Part shown: piece by piece, positions 9,490 through 18,985 of the stretch
Layout: each line of letters begins with the position of its first letter
Position numbering within the stretch: the first letter of the stretch is position 1
Assembly (NCBI GenBank): GCA_018970785.1
Contig: JAGWVR010000005.1
Coordinates: 6,067-70,066 of the forward strand
From: Planctomycetota bacterium
GTDB taxonomy: Bacteria > Planctomycetota > Planctomycetia > Pirellulales > UBA1268
Reading direction: 5' to 3'
DNA: 64,000 bases
Program-made: the position numbers and the translations under genes
The notes under the pieces: model-generated
Databases searched by the model: none
What the model saw: the letters and a program-made list of their open reading frames with translations, nothing else
What the model was told of the DNA's origin: nothing

Positions 9490-10830
9490 ATGATCCCTTC
9501 AACGCATCCTTCGTCCGTCGCCTCCCGTGGCATCGCTGCCGGCTCGCTCTCGAGCACGGCCCCGGCGGTGTCGCGTCCGCCCGCGATCGGCTGGTCGTGG
9601 CTCGCGGTCGGTGTCGTCGTCACCGTGGCGATCGCCACGACGGGGTGCGGCGGCGCCCCGGCCGCTTCGTTCCGCGCGAATCTCGTCGAGTCGACGAAGC
9701 AGCGGCTGACCCCCCAGCAGGAGAGCCAGGTCGCGACGGTCATGCTGGCGCTGTTCGGCACGCCCGACGAACCGGTGGCCCTCCCCGAGACGGGGCTCGA
9801 CCAGGCCAAACTCACGCTCGCCGCAGGTCCGGTCCGCAGCGACATCGTCGGCCGCAAAAATGGCTTGTACCGCGAGCACTGTGCCCACTGCCACGGGATC
9901 ACCGGCGACGGTCTTGGACCCACGGCGGCGTTCCTCAATCCCTATCCGCGCGACTACCGCCCCGGAGTGTTCAAGTTCAAGAGCACCGAACGGGCCGACA
10001 AGCCGACCCGCGACGATCTGGTGCGCCTCCTTCACAACGGCGTGCCGGGGACCTCGATGCCGTCGTTCGCCCTGCTCAGCGAGACTCAGATCGACGCGCT
10101 CGTCGAGTACGTCAAGTATCTGTCGATCCGCGGCGAAACCGAATTGGCTCTCGCCCGGGCGTTCTTCGAGCTCGATGACGACGCCAAGGGGGAGCTGCCG
10201 CAGACGCGGGAATTCCTCGTCGACGAGATGCTCACGCCGGTCGCCGACAAGTGGCGGGCGGCGGACGAGGCGCGGATTCCGGTTCCCGAGATGCCGGCCG
10301 ACATCGACATGGCCGCATCGATCGCCAAGGGCAAGGAGCTGTTCTACGGCGACAAGGCCAACTGCGTGAAATGCCACGGCGTCACCGGTCTCGGCGATGG
10401 CCAGGCCAACGACTACGACGATTGGAACAAAAACATCGTCGAGATCACCAAGGAGATCGACGGCACCGCCGAGCGCGCCCGCGAGGCCAAGACCTCCGGC
10501 ATGACGGAGGAACAACGCGCCGAACACCGTGCCAACATCGCCTGGGTGAACCGCTTCCACGGCGTTCTCGACGGCGACGCACTGCAGCCGCGCACGATCC
10601 CGCCGCGCAACCTGCGCCAGGGGATCTACCGAGGCGGGAGGCGGCCGCTCGATCTGTATTACCGGATCCACGCCGGGATCAACGGCGCGCCGATGCCGGC
10701 CGCGAAGGGGACGGTTCCGCCGGAGGACATCTGGCACATCGTCAATTACGTGCGCTCGTTGCCCTACGGCTTCGATGGTGAGTTGGGTGCGGACCGGTCG
10801 ACCACGTCGGTGCAGCGCGACCGGATGTGA
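9490..10830 (+). CDS. Membrane-anchored dihaem c-type cytochrome
   Basis: Two CxxCH motifs (CAHCHG, CVKCHG), each followed by a Met-Pro ligand context (GTSMPSF, GAPMPAA). N-terminal TM segment (WLAVGVVVTVAIATTGC). Lies between the cupredoxin genes and ctaC. Confidence 0.85.
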   Translation: MIPSTHPSSVASRGIAAGSLSSTAPAVSRPPAIGWSWLAVGVVVTVAIATTGCGGAPAASFRANLVESTKQRLTPQQESQVATVMLALFGTPDEPVALPETGLDQAKLTLAAGPVRSDIVGRKNGLYREHCAHCHGITGDGLGPTAAFLNPYPRDYRPGVFKFKSTERADKPTRDDLVRLLHNGVPGTSMPSFALLSETQIDALVEYVKYLSIRGETELALARAFFELDDDAKGELPQTREFLVDEMLTPVADKWRAADEARIPVPEMPADIDMAASIAKGKELFYGDKANCVKCHGVTGLGDGQANDYDDWNKNIVEITKEIDGTAERAREAKTSGMTEEQRAEHRANIAWVNRFHGVLDGDALQPRTIPPRNLRQGIYRGGRRPLDLYYRIHAGINGAPMPAAKGTVPPEDIWHIVNYVRSLPYGFDGELGADRSTTSVQRDRM

Positions 10831-10915
10831 CGGCGGGGGCGGGGTCTGGTGGATGCCGGCGCCCCGGAGCGCCGGTCGGCGGTGGTGACCAAGGCGGTAA
10901 CGAGGAGCGACGACC

Positions 10916-11710
10916 GTGGGCAATCGTCTGGCCGGTATTTTTTGGAGCCTGCTGTTCCTCGCCGTGCCGGTGCTCGGCGTGGCGACGTTCGTCGTCGGCC
11001 CGCTGTATGACATCTGGCTGCCGAAGGACGTCTCGGTCCACGGCCGTTCGATCGACTCGCTGTTCTATTTCATCCTCGTCCTCACCGGCGTCGTGTTCGT
11101 CGTCACCGAGGTGCTGCTGTTCTGGTTCCTGTGGAAGTACGACGCCGCCCGCCCCAACCCGGTGGCGGCGTTCATCCACGGCAGCCACACGCTCGAGGTC
11201 GTGTGGACGATCATTCCCGCCGCGACGCTGCTGTTCCTCTCGATCTACCAGATGAACACCTGGGCCGACGTCAAGATGCGGCGGCCGCGGATCCCCCCCA
11301 CCGTCGAGGTCGTGGCGCGGCAGTTCGAGTGGCGTCTGCGCTACCCGGGGCGCGACGGCGAACTGGGCACGCCCGACGACTTGTTCCTCGTCAACGACCT
11401 GCACGTGCCGGTCGACGAGGAGGTGCTCGTGCAGCTCAAGAGCATGGACGTCCTCCACAGCTTCTTCCTCCCCAACCTCCGCATCAAGCAGGACGCGGTC
11501 CCGGGAATGAAGACACCGGTGTGGTTCAAGGCCACCGAGGTCGGGCAGTACGACATCGTCTGCGCCGAACTGTGCGGTTGGGGCCACTACAAGATGAAGG
11601 GTCGGATCACCGTCGATACCCGCGAGGATTACGAGCGTTGGCTCGAGGAGATCGAGGCCCGTCAGGAAGCCACACAGCCCGAGCCAGTCGCCGAGGTGGC
11701 CGGCCAGTGA
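10916..11710 (+). CDS. ctaC: Cytochrome c oxidase subunit II (CuA subunit, no fused cytochrome c domain)
   Basis: Two N-terminal TM helices. CuA site 'HSFFLP ... CAELCGWGHYKM' (11561-11596). GTG start with GAGGAG about 8 nt upstream. Confidence 0.93.
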   Translation: MGNRLAGIFWSLLFLAVPVLGVATFVVGPLYDIWLPKDVSVHGRSIDSLFYFILVLTGVVFVVTEVLLFWFLWKYDAARPNPVAAFIHGSHTLEVVWTIIPAATLLFLSIYQMNTWADVKMRRPRIPPTVEVVARQFEWRLRYPGRDGELGTPDDLFLVNDLHVPVDEEVLVQLKSMDVLHSFFLPNLRIKQDAVPGMKTPVWFKATEVGQYDIVCAELCGWGHYKMKGRITVDTREDYERWLEEIEARQEATQPEPVAEVAGQ

Positions 11711-11825
11711 CCGCCGCCGGCGGCCGAGGTCCCTTGGCTACCCCGCCGCCATCATTCACGTCGTCCTCCGCAGTTCATCGTTCCACCGTTCCCGATCACG
11801 TCGCGACCGTTCCGGAGACCATCCC

Positions 11826-13667
11826 ATGAGCACCGTCCACTCCCCGAGCACCGGCACCACCGTCAGCCCGACGGACCATGGCCACGCCGTCGCGGTCGGT
11901 GGCCGGGCGCCGCGGTCCTCGCGGCAGGTGGCCGAGTTCCTCTCGACCTACGTGTTCTCCAAGGACCACAAGGTCATCGGCCTGCAATTCCTGTTTTCGA
12001 CGCTGCTGTGGTTCCTCATCGGCGGCTTGCTCGCGCTGGCGGTCCGCTGGCAGATCGCCTGGCCGTGGTCGCAGGTTCCGGTGCTCGGCAAGCTGTTCGC
12101 CCAGGAGGGCGGGCAGATGGCGCCGGAGTTCTACACCATGCTGTTCACGATGCACGCCACGGTGATGATCTTCCTCGTGATCATCCCGATCCTCGCGGGT
12201 GCGTTCGGCAACTTCCTCATCCCGCTGATGATCGGTGCCGACGACATGGCGTTTCCGACGCTCAACATGCTGTCGTACTGGTTCATGTGGCCGGCGTTCC
12301 TCTGCTTCGGCGCCAGTTTCTTCGTCGAGGGGGGCGCGGCGTCGGGTGGGTGGACGAGCTACCCGCCGCTCTCGACCAACGTTGCCGCCAGCCCGGGAAG
12401 CGGCATGGGGCAGACGCTGTGGCTCCTCGGGCTGACGTTCGTCGGCGTCTCGAGCATGCTCGGCAGCGTCAACTACATGACGACGATCATCCTCATGCGC
12501 GCCCCGGGGATGACGATGTTCCGCCTGCCGATGACGATCTGGGCAATGTTCATCACCGCCGTCCTCCAGGCCTTCGCGCTGCCGGTGCTGACCGCCGCCG
12601 GGTTCATGCAGCTGTCCGACCGGATGCTCGGGACCGGGTTCTTCAATCCCGAGGGCAACGTCGTCAACAACCTGCTGACGAGCACCGGTGGCGGCCACCC
12701 GATCCTCTGGCAGCACCTGTTCTGGTTCTACAGCCACCCGGCGGTCTACATCATGATCCTGCCGGCGATGGGCATGGTGAGCGACATCCTCACGGTGTTC
12801 GCCCGCAAGCCGCTGTTCGGCTACCGGCCGATGGTCTACTCGATCGCCGGCATCGCCGGGCTCGGGTTCATCGTCTGGGGCCACCACATGTTCGTCTCCG
12901 GGATGAATCCGGCGCTCGGCATCACGTTCATGGTTTCGACGATGATGATCGCCTTGCCCAGTGCCGTGAAGACCTTCAACTGGCTGGGCACGCTGTGGGG
13001 CGGCAAGATCCAGTTCACGACCGCGATGCTGTTCGCGGTGTCTTTCGTGTCGATGTTCATCATTGGCGGCCTGTCGGGGATCTTCATGGCGGCCACGCCG
13101 GTCGACATCTTCATCCACGACACCTATTTCATCGTCGCCCACTTCCACTACGTGTTGTTCGCGGGCACCGCGATGGGTGTCTGGGCGGGGATTTACTACT
13201 GGTTCCCGAAGATGTTCGGTCGGTTGATGAACGAGTTCTGGGGCAAAGTCCACTTCTTCCTGACCTTCGTGTTCCTCAACGGCACGTTCTTCACGATGCA
13301 CATCCTCGGTGCCGTCGGCTTTCCGCGCCGGCTCGCGGATGCCTACCACTACGAGACCTTCCACCATCTCCAGCCGCTCAACGCCTTCATGACGTGGTGC
13401 GCGATCGGCATGGTGGCAACGCAGATCATCTTCGCGGTGAATTTCGTGTGGAGCATGTTCTACGGGCCGGTCGCCGGCCGGAATCCGTGGAATGCCAACA
13501 CCCTCGAGTGGACCGCACCGAGCCCTCCGGGCCACGGCAACTTCGACTTCCAGCCGATCGTCCACCGCGGCCCCTACGAGTACTCCGTCCCGGGCTGTGA
13601 GAAGGATCACCTGATGCAAACCGATCCCCCCGATGCCCGGGCCGCGGCGTTGGCCTCCGCCCACTGA
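11826..13667 (+). CDS. ctaD: Cytochrome c oxidase subunit I (haem-copper oxidase catalytic subunit)
   Basis: Hallmark motifs 'WFYSHPAVYIMILPAMG', 'WGHHMF' and 'HDTYFIVAHFHYV'. Twelve or more TM helices. Confidence 0.97.
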   Translation: MSTVHSPSTGTTVSPTDHGHAVAVGGRAPRSSRQVAEFLSTYVFSKDHKVIGLQFLFSTLLWFLIGGLLALAVRWQIAWPWSQVPVLGKLFAQEGGQMAPEFYTMLFTMHATVMIFLVIIPILAGAFGNFLIPLMIGADDMAFPTLNMLSYWFMWPAFLCFGASFFVEGGAASGGWTSYPPLSTNVAASPGSGMGQTLWLLGLTFVGVSSMLGSVNYMTTIILMRAPGMTMFRLPMTIWAMFITAVLQAFALPVLTAAGFMQLSDRMLGTGFFNPEGNVVNNLLTSTGGGHPILWQHLFWFYSHPAVYIMILPAMGMVSDILTVFARKPLFGYRPMVYSIAGIAGLGFIVWGHHMFVSGMNPALGITFMVSTMMIALPSAVKTFNWLGTLWGGKIQFTTAMLFAVSFVSMFIIGGLSGIFMAATPVDIFIHDTYFIVAHFHYVLFAGTAMGVWAGIYYWFPKMFGRLMNEFWGKVHFFLTFVFLNGTFFTMHILGAVGFPRRLADAYHYETFHHLQPLNAFMTWCAIGMVATQIIFAVNFVWSMFYGPVAGRNPWNANTLEWTAPSPPGHGNFDFQPIVHRGPYEYSVPGCEKDHLMQTDPPDARAAALASAH

Positions 13668-13734
13668 CCGCATCCGCTCCGGCCCGTTGGCGAACAGTCC
13701 GCGAGGGCCCCGGAGCGTTGCCCGCCGAGATCCG

Positions 13735-14790
13735 ATGACCACCCTCGCATCCGCCGCGCCGCGTAGCCTGCTGACCTTCGTGGTCGCCTGCCTGCTGGTG
13801 GGCACCACGGCGCTGCTGCTGTGCTTCGGGGCACTGGTCACGACCTACGACGCGGCGATGGCGGTCCCCGACTGGCCGGCGACTTACGGCCACAACATGT
13901 TCCTGTTTCCGCTGGCTGAGTGGCTCGGTGGGCCCTGGGATCTGTTTCTCGAGCACGGTCATCGTCTGCTCGGCGCCACCGTGGGCGTGATCACGCTCGT
14001 GCTGGCCGGGCTCGTGTTCGTGTGGCGCTCGCCGACGGTGCTCCGTGGTCTGGTGGCGGCCGCGGTGCTGCTGGTGATCGCGCAGGGGGTCCTCGGCGGG
14101 ATGCGCGTGCTGCTCGACGACAAGACGATCGCCAAGGTGCACGCCTGCACCGGGCCGCTGTTCTTCGCGGTGGCGACGGCGATCGCCACGCTGGTGTGGC
14201 GTGATCGCCGGCGGCCGGCCGTGGCGTCGGGCCCGGGGGGTGGCCGGCGCGTCGAAGCCGCCCTCGGATCCGGCCGAGGCCGGTCGTTGCCGACCGTCGC
14301 GCTGCCGTCATGGGCCACGGCGGGGTTCGTCCCTCCCGCCCTGGTCGTCGCGGCCTACCTGCAGCTCGTCGCCGGGGCCCAGCTTCGCCACATGGAGGCC
14401 AGTGCGACACCGCTCGACTTCCGCTGGCTGGTCACGCTCCATCTCCTCGGGGCAGCCGCGGTGACGGTGCTGGCGACGCTGGCGTGGCTGGCGTGGCAGC
14501 CTCACGATCCGTTGGCCGCCCGGCAGTGGTCGCGGGTGCTCGTCGGCTTGGTCGTCGGCCAGGTGCTCCTCGGATGTGGCGCGTGGCTGGTGAATTACGG
14601 TGTCCCGGGGGGCTGGCTCCCCGACACCTGGTCGGGTCCGCTGGTGGCCCGCAGCGTCCGCGCCGCTCTGGTGACCACCGGTCACGCCGTGCTCGGGATG
14701 CTGATCCTCGGAGCGGCGGTCGTGATGTCGCTCGTCTGGACCGGCGCGGGTGCCGCCGCTGGCCGATCGTGGGGGGAGGCCCCGGCGTGA
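13735..14790 (+). CDS. ctaA: Haem A synthase (COX15/CtaA family)
   Basis: 'GALVTTYDAAMAVPDWPATYGHNMF' and 'EHGHRLLG' are typical of COX15/CtaA. Polytopic membrane protein. Internal ATG-13735 chosen because the ORF's upstream part overlaps ctaD. Confidence 0.85.
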   Translation: MTTLASAAPRSLLTFVVACLLVGTTALLLCFGALVTTYDAAMAVPDWPATYGHNMFLFPLAEWLGGPWDLFLEHGHRLLGATVGVITLVLAGLVFVWRSPTVLRGLVAAAVLLVIAQGVLGGMRVLLDDKTIAKVHACTGPLFFAVATAIATLVWRDRRRPAVASGPGGGRRVEAALGSGRGRSLPTVALPSWATAGFVPPALVVAAYLQLVAGAQLRHMEASATPLDFRWLVTLHLLGAAAVTVLATLAWLAWQPHDPLAARQWSRVLVGLVVGQVLLGCGAWLVNYGVPGGWLPDTWSGPLVARSVRAALVTTGHAVLGMLILGAAVVMSLVWTGAGAAAGRSWGEAPA

Positions 14791-15806
14791 CACCCGTCGC
14801 CCACGTCGTCGTGCCCCGCACTGCCGCGCTTGCAGCCGACCACGTAACGCCGGTCGGTCCGGGCGTGGCGTCGGCGTTCCCGGCGCTGCCGCTGGAACTG
14901 TCCGAGGCGGGGGCTGGTGCGCTCGTCGCCGCCGACATCGGCCGGTTGTTGCGGCCGCGGATCACGGTCATGGTCCTTGCCACGGTGACCGCGGCCGCCT
15001 GGCTGACCGCCGGCCGCGGCGTCGACCTCCGTGAGCTGGTCGCGCTGCTGGTGGGCACTGCGCTGGTCGCGGCCAGTTCGAGCATCGCCAACCAGGTGCT
15101 CGAGCGGCGCACCGACAGACTGATGCCCAGAACGGCGAACCGACCGGTGAGCGCCGGGAGGATCGATCCCGTCCATGGATGGTGGATCGCCGCAGGCCTC
15201 GGCGGCGCGGGGCTGGTGCTCGTGGTGGCCGGCGGGGGCATCGGTGCGGCAGTGGCCGCCGCTCTCACCTGGCTGCTGTACGTCGTCGTCTACACGCCGC
15301 TCAAGCGCCTTTCGCCGCTCAACACGGCGGTGGGGGCGGTGCCGGGTGCCCTGCCAGTGGCGATCGGCTGGCTCGGGGCCGACGGACCGGCGCGGCTCGC
15401 GGCCGGGGATCATGCCGGTGCGGTCGCGGTCGCGGCCCTCGGCGCGGTTCTCTACCTGTGGCAGTTCCCCCACTTCATGGCGATCGCCTGGCTGTACCGC
15501 AGGCAGTACGCCGCTGCCGGTCTGAAGATGCTCACCGTCGTCGATCCCACCGGCATCCGCGCCGGGGCTCAGGCCGTGGCCACGGCCCTGGTGATGGTGC
15601 CGGCCAGCCTGTTGCTCGCCGTGCCCTCGGGGCGCTGGCCGCTGTTCTGCCTCGCTGCGGCACTGTCGGGCACCTACGTCGCTGCCGCGGCTCGTTTCGC
15701 TTTCGCCCGTGACGATCGATCGGCCCGCCGGCTGCTCCTCGTCTCGATCGTCGTCCTCCTCGGCCTGCTTCTGGCGACGGTGGGCTGTGGCCCGCCGCGC
15801 GCCTGA
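14787..15806 (+). CDS. ctaB: Protohaem IX farnesyltransferase (haem O synthase, UbiA family)
   Basis: '[25 protein letters not shown]' matches the UbiA-family Asp/Arg-rich motif of CtaB/CyoE. GTG start overlaps the ctaA stop (GTGA at 14787-14790). The upstream part of the ORF overlaps ctaA out of frame. Confidence 0.85.
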   Translation: MTPVAHVVVPRTAALAADHVTPVGPGVASAFPALPLELSEAGAGALVAADIGRLLRPRITVMVLATVTAAAWLTAGRGVDLRELVALLVGTALVAASSSIANQVLERRTDRLMPRTANRPVSAGRIDPVHGWWIAAGLGGAGLVLVVAGGGIGAAVAAALTWLLYVVVYTPLKRLSPLNTAVGAVPGALPVAIGWLGADGPARLAAGDHAGAVAVAALGAVLYLWQFPHFMAIAWLYRRQYAAAGLKMLTVVDPTGIRAGAQAVATALVMVPASLLLAVPSGRWPLFCLAAALSGTYVAAAARFAFARDDRSARRLLLVSIVVLLGLLLATVGCGPPRA

Positions 15807-15853
15807 TCGTCGCCATCCCGATCCACCGACCGCCTTTCCGCCTGGAAACCGAC

Positions 15854-16825
15854 ATGTCCGCCCCCGCCCTCAGCCTGCCGCATGGCGACGGCCACGATCA
15901 CGCCCACGGCCATGACGACGGCCATGGCCACCATGGCCACGTCACGCTCCAGTACCAGCCCGGCCTGCCACTGTCGCGCGGCAAGCTGATCATGTGGCTG
16001 TTCTTGTCGACCGAGATCATGTTCTTCGCGGCGCTGCTCGGCAGCTATGTCGTGCTGCGCTTCGGGTCGCCGGTCTGGCCGCTGCCGCACCACGTCCACC
16101 TCAGCGAGCCGATCGGGGCGTTCAACACGTTCGTCCTGATCTGCTCGAGCGTCACGATCGTCCTGGCGCTCGAGGCGGCGCGGGCCGACAAGGCACCGCA
16201 AGCGAAGCTGTGGATGCTGCTGACGCTGCTGCTGGGGACGTTGTTCCTCGGGGTGAAGGCCTACGAGTACTCGGCGAAGTTCTCGCACGGGATCTATCCC
16301 TGGTCGCCGCGGAGCCGCGTGTTCGAGAAACCCGACCTGTACTACGGCTCGGCCGTGCGTGCCCGGCTCGGTGAGCCGGCGATCATCGACAAGCTCAAGG
16401 AGCTCGACGACACGCCTGCCGACAAACTCACTTCCGAGCAGGTCGCCGCCCGCGGCCGGCTCCAGCAAATCCGCAAGATGGTCACCAACCCCGATCAGCA
16501 GCCGTTCGACCTGGCGGTGATCGCCGACCAGGTGATGCCGCTGCCCAGTGCCGGCAGCCACGGCCACTCGTCCGGCCTCAACGACGCGTTTCCCTGGCTT
16601 CGCCTGCCGGCGGTCATCCCCGGTGGCAACATGTGGGCGAGCACCTACTTCCTGCTCACCGGCTTCCACGCCATCCACGTGGGGGTCGGTCTGCTCGTGT
16701 TCGCGATCCTCCTCGGCTACCGGCTCGACCACGCCCGCGCCGGGATGATCGAGAACGCCGGCCTGTACTGGCACTTCGTCGACCTGGTTTGGATCTTCCT
16801 GTTCCCGCTGCTTTACCTGTTCTGA
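15854..16825 (+). CDS. ctaE: Cytochrome c oxidase subunit III (with His-rich N-terminus and an internal soluble insert)
   Basis: '[17 protein letters not shown]', '[15 protein letters not shown]' and '[18 protein letters not shown]' are COX3 signatures. N-terminal [20 protein letters not shown] tract. Confidence 0.9.
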   Translation: MSAPALSLPHGDGHDHAHGHDDGHGHHGHVTLQYQPGLPLSRGKLIMWLFLSTEIMFFAALLGSYVVLRFGSPVWPLPHHVHLSEPIGAFNTFVLICSSVTIVLALEAARADKAPQAKLWMLLTLLLGTLFLGVKAYEYSAKFSHGIYPWSPRSRVFEKPDLYYGSAVRARLGEPAIIDKLKELDDTPADKLTSEQVAARGRLQQIRKMVTNPDQQPFDLAVIADQVMPLPSAGSHGHSSGLNDAFPWLRLPAVIPGGNMWASTYFLLTGFHAIHVGVGLLVFAILLGYRLDHARAGMIENAGLYWHFVDLVWIFLFPLLYLF

Positions 16826-16877
16826 CCACGGTCCGGCCGCCGTCGCCGCCCGCCCACACACCGTCACGAGGCCGAGC

Positions 16878-17432
16878 ATGTCCGATCACTCCCATTCCCC
16901 TCAGCCGCACGCCACGCACGCGCCGGTGACGCGGCCCGGGGAGACGACCGAGATCCACGAGACCGTGCCCCACGCCCACGCCACGGCGGCACCGGCGGCG
17001 CACGCTGCCGGTCATGGCGGGGACCACGGTGGCGAGCATGCCCACGGCGGCATCGGCACCTACCTGATGGTGTTCCTCGCGTTGTGCGTCCTGACGACGA
17101 TGTCGTTCTTCACCTATTCGTCGGCCTGGCCGTGGCGCGATCAGCCGCAGGTCGGCTGGGCATTCATGATGGCGGTGTCGTGCACGAAGGCGATGCTCGT
17201 CGTGCTGTTTTTCATGCACGTCCTCTGGGAGGCGAACTGGAAGTACGTCCTCACCATCCCCGCGGCCATGATGGCGGTGTTCCTCGCGTTGATGCTCGTG
17301 CCCGACGTCGGCATGCGGACGCGGATGGTGGCGCAGGAACGGGCGCTGTACATGCCGCGGCAGTCGGACGTGCGCCTGATGGAGCGAGCCGCGGAGGCCG
17401 GGAACGCGGAGAGGGGTGGGGAAGCCCATTGA
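16878..17432 (+). CDS. Prokaryotic cytochrome c oxidase subunit IV family protein with His-rich N-terminal extension
   Basis: C-terminal three-TM core ('YLMVFLALCVLTTMSFF', 'AVSCTKAMLVVLFFMH') resembles bacterial COX4_pro proteins. Lies directly after ctaE. Confidence 0.75.
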   Translation: MSDHSHSPQPHATHAPVTRPGETTEIHETVPHAHATAAPAAHAAGHGGDHGGEHAHGGIGTYLMVFLALCVLTTMSFFTYSSAWPWRDQPQVGWAFMMAVSCTKAMLVVLFFMHVLWEANWKYVLTIPAAMMAVFLALMLVPDVGMRTRMVAQERALYMPRQSDVRLMERAAEAGNAERGGEAH

Positions 17433-17437
17433 CACCG

Positions 17438-18112
17438 ATGGACCGCGAGGCCGCGCCGTGTGGCGTCGGGACGGCTGCCCTGCTCGCGGGCTGGCTGACG
17501 GTCTGTGGGGTGACTGCCGGATGCGGGCGGAAGGACCCGCCTCCCCCCCGCGTCGCCGTTGCCGTCACGCCGGCCCCGGCGACCGTCGAGCCAGGGGAGC
17601 CGGCGGCGCCGTTCACGCTCACAGACCAGACCGGGATGGCGTTCGATTCGGCCGGCCTGCGCGGCCGTGTGTGGGTGGCGAGCGTGTTCTTCGCCAACTG
17701 TCCCAGTCCCTGCTTCCGTGAGAACCAGGCGATCGCCGACATCCTCCGCGAAGTCGCCGATCCCGACCTCGTCGCCGTCAGCCTGACGTGCGACCCCGAC
17801 AACGACACGCCCGACGTGCTCCGCCGCTACGCTGACCGGTTCGGTGCCGATCCGGCCCGCTGGAAGTTTCTCACCGGCGACATGGACACGATCCGCTCGG
17901 TCGCCAACAACACGTTCCGGCTTCCCGCCGAGGTCGGCGTTCATTCGGAGCGGGGGGTCGTGTTCGATCGTGCCGGCCGGCTCCGGGGCAGCTACCACCT
18001 CCTTCAGCCCGATCGCGTGGAACTGCTCGTCAAGCTGGTCCGCGAGGTGCTCGCCGAACCCGCCGACTCCCCCGCGGCGGTCCCGGCAGCGTCCGGGGGA
18101 GCCGCGCCGTGA
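17438..18112 (+). CDS. SCO1/SenC copper chaperone (thioredoxin fold) lipoprotein
   Basis: Lipobox (..VCGVTAGC). Cu-binding CxxxC 'CPSPC' (17699-17713) in the context 'VFFANCPSPC'. 'SLTCDPDNDTP' and 'ADRFGAD..WKFLTG' are typical of SCO1. Confidence 0.88.
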   Translation: MDREAAPCGVGTAALLAGWLTVCGVTAGCGRKDPPPPRVAVAVTPAPATVEPGEPAAPFTLTDQTGMAFDSAGLRGRVWVASVFFANCPSPCFRENQAIADILREVADPDLVAVSLTCDPDNDTPDVLRRYADRFGADPARWKFLTGDMDTIRSVANNTFRLPAEVGVHSERGVVFDRAGRLRGSYHLLQPDRVELLVKLVREVLAEPADSPAAVPAASGGAAP

Positions 18113-18648
18113 GCGGAGCCGCAATCATCGCCGCCGCCGTCGGTTGGCTACCGGGGGCGGGCATGCCGGTCGCGGCGCTGCTCGCCGTCCATCCGCTGGC
18201 GACGCTCAATGCCCTGCTCAACGGCCTGGCAACGGTCCTGCTGGTGACGGGTTGGATCGCGATCGCCCGTGGGCAGTGGCGGGTCCATCGCAACCTGATG
18301 GTCGCCGCGTTCGCGGTGTCGACGGTGTTCCTGGTGAGTTACCTCACCTACCACGCCCTCGTCGGCCACGTTCCGTTCCGGGGCACCGGCGTCGTGCGGA
18401 CTGTGTACCTGACGATCCTCGCGACCCACGTCGTGTTGGCGGCGCTCGTGCCGCTGTTGGCCGTGGCAATGGTCCTGCTCGCCTGGCGCGGCCGGTGGCA
18501 GGCCCACCGCCGCCTCGGCCGGATCACGCTGCCAGTGTGGCTCTATGTGTCGGTCACCGGCGTCGTCATCTACCTGATGCTCTACCAGTTGTTTCCCGGG
18601 CCCGACCCCGCGGCAGCCGCCTCTCCGGCCGTGGCGTCGGGGATATAA
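18109..18648 (+). CDS. DUF420 membrane protein (CtaM-like oxidase accessory factor)
   Basis: Four or five TM helices with 'HRNLMVAAFAVSTVFLVSYLTYH'. GTG start overlaps the sco1 stop (GTGA). Confidence 0.75.
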   Translation: MSGAAIIAAAVGWLPGAGMPVAALLAVHPLATLNALLNGLATVLLVTGWIAIARGQWRVHRNLMVAAFAVSTVFLVSYLTYHALVGHVPFRGTGVVRTVYLTILATHVVLAALVPLLAVAMVLLAWRGRWQAHRRLGRITLPVWLYVSVTGVVIYLMLYQLFPGPDPAAAASPAVASGI

Positions 18649-18655
18649 TTCGGAC

Positions 18656-18985
18656 ATGAACACCCACCTCAACCCCGTCGCGCGGCGGATCCTCCGTGGG
18701 CTGTTGCCGGCATGCGTGGCCCTCGCGGTGCTGTCGGCGGCCGAAGCCCTCGGTTGCCCGACCTGCAAGGATTCCCTCGCCGACGGAGACGACACCGCCG
18801 CCAACCTGGCGCGGGGCTACTTCTACAGCATCCTGCTGATGCTCGGGATGCCGTTCACGCTCGCCAGTTCGTTCGGGCTCTACATGTGGCGCGAACTGCG
18901 CCGGGCCCGGCACCAGGCCGAGTCGGGGGGAGCGTCGGCTCCCGGCATCCGCCCTCCCGACCACGCCCGAGACGGGCTACCGTGA
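18656..18985 (+). CDS. Small exported CxxC membrane protein, function unknown
   Basis: Signal peptide, CPTC motif (18755-18766) immediately after the predicted cleavage region, then one TM helix (YFYSILLMLGMPFTLASSFGLYMW). Starts 8 nt after the DUF420 gene. Confidence 0.6.
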   Translation: MNTHLNPVARRILRGLLPACVALAVLSAAEALGCPTCKDSLADGDDTAANLARGYFYSILLMLGMPFTLASSFGLYMWRELRRARHQAESGGASAPGIRPPDHARDGLP

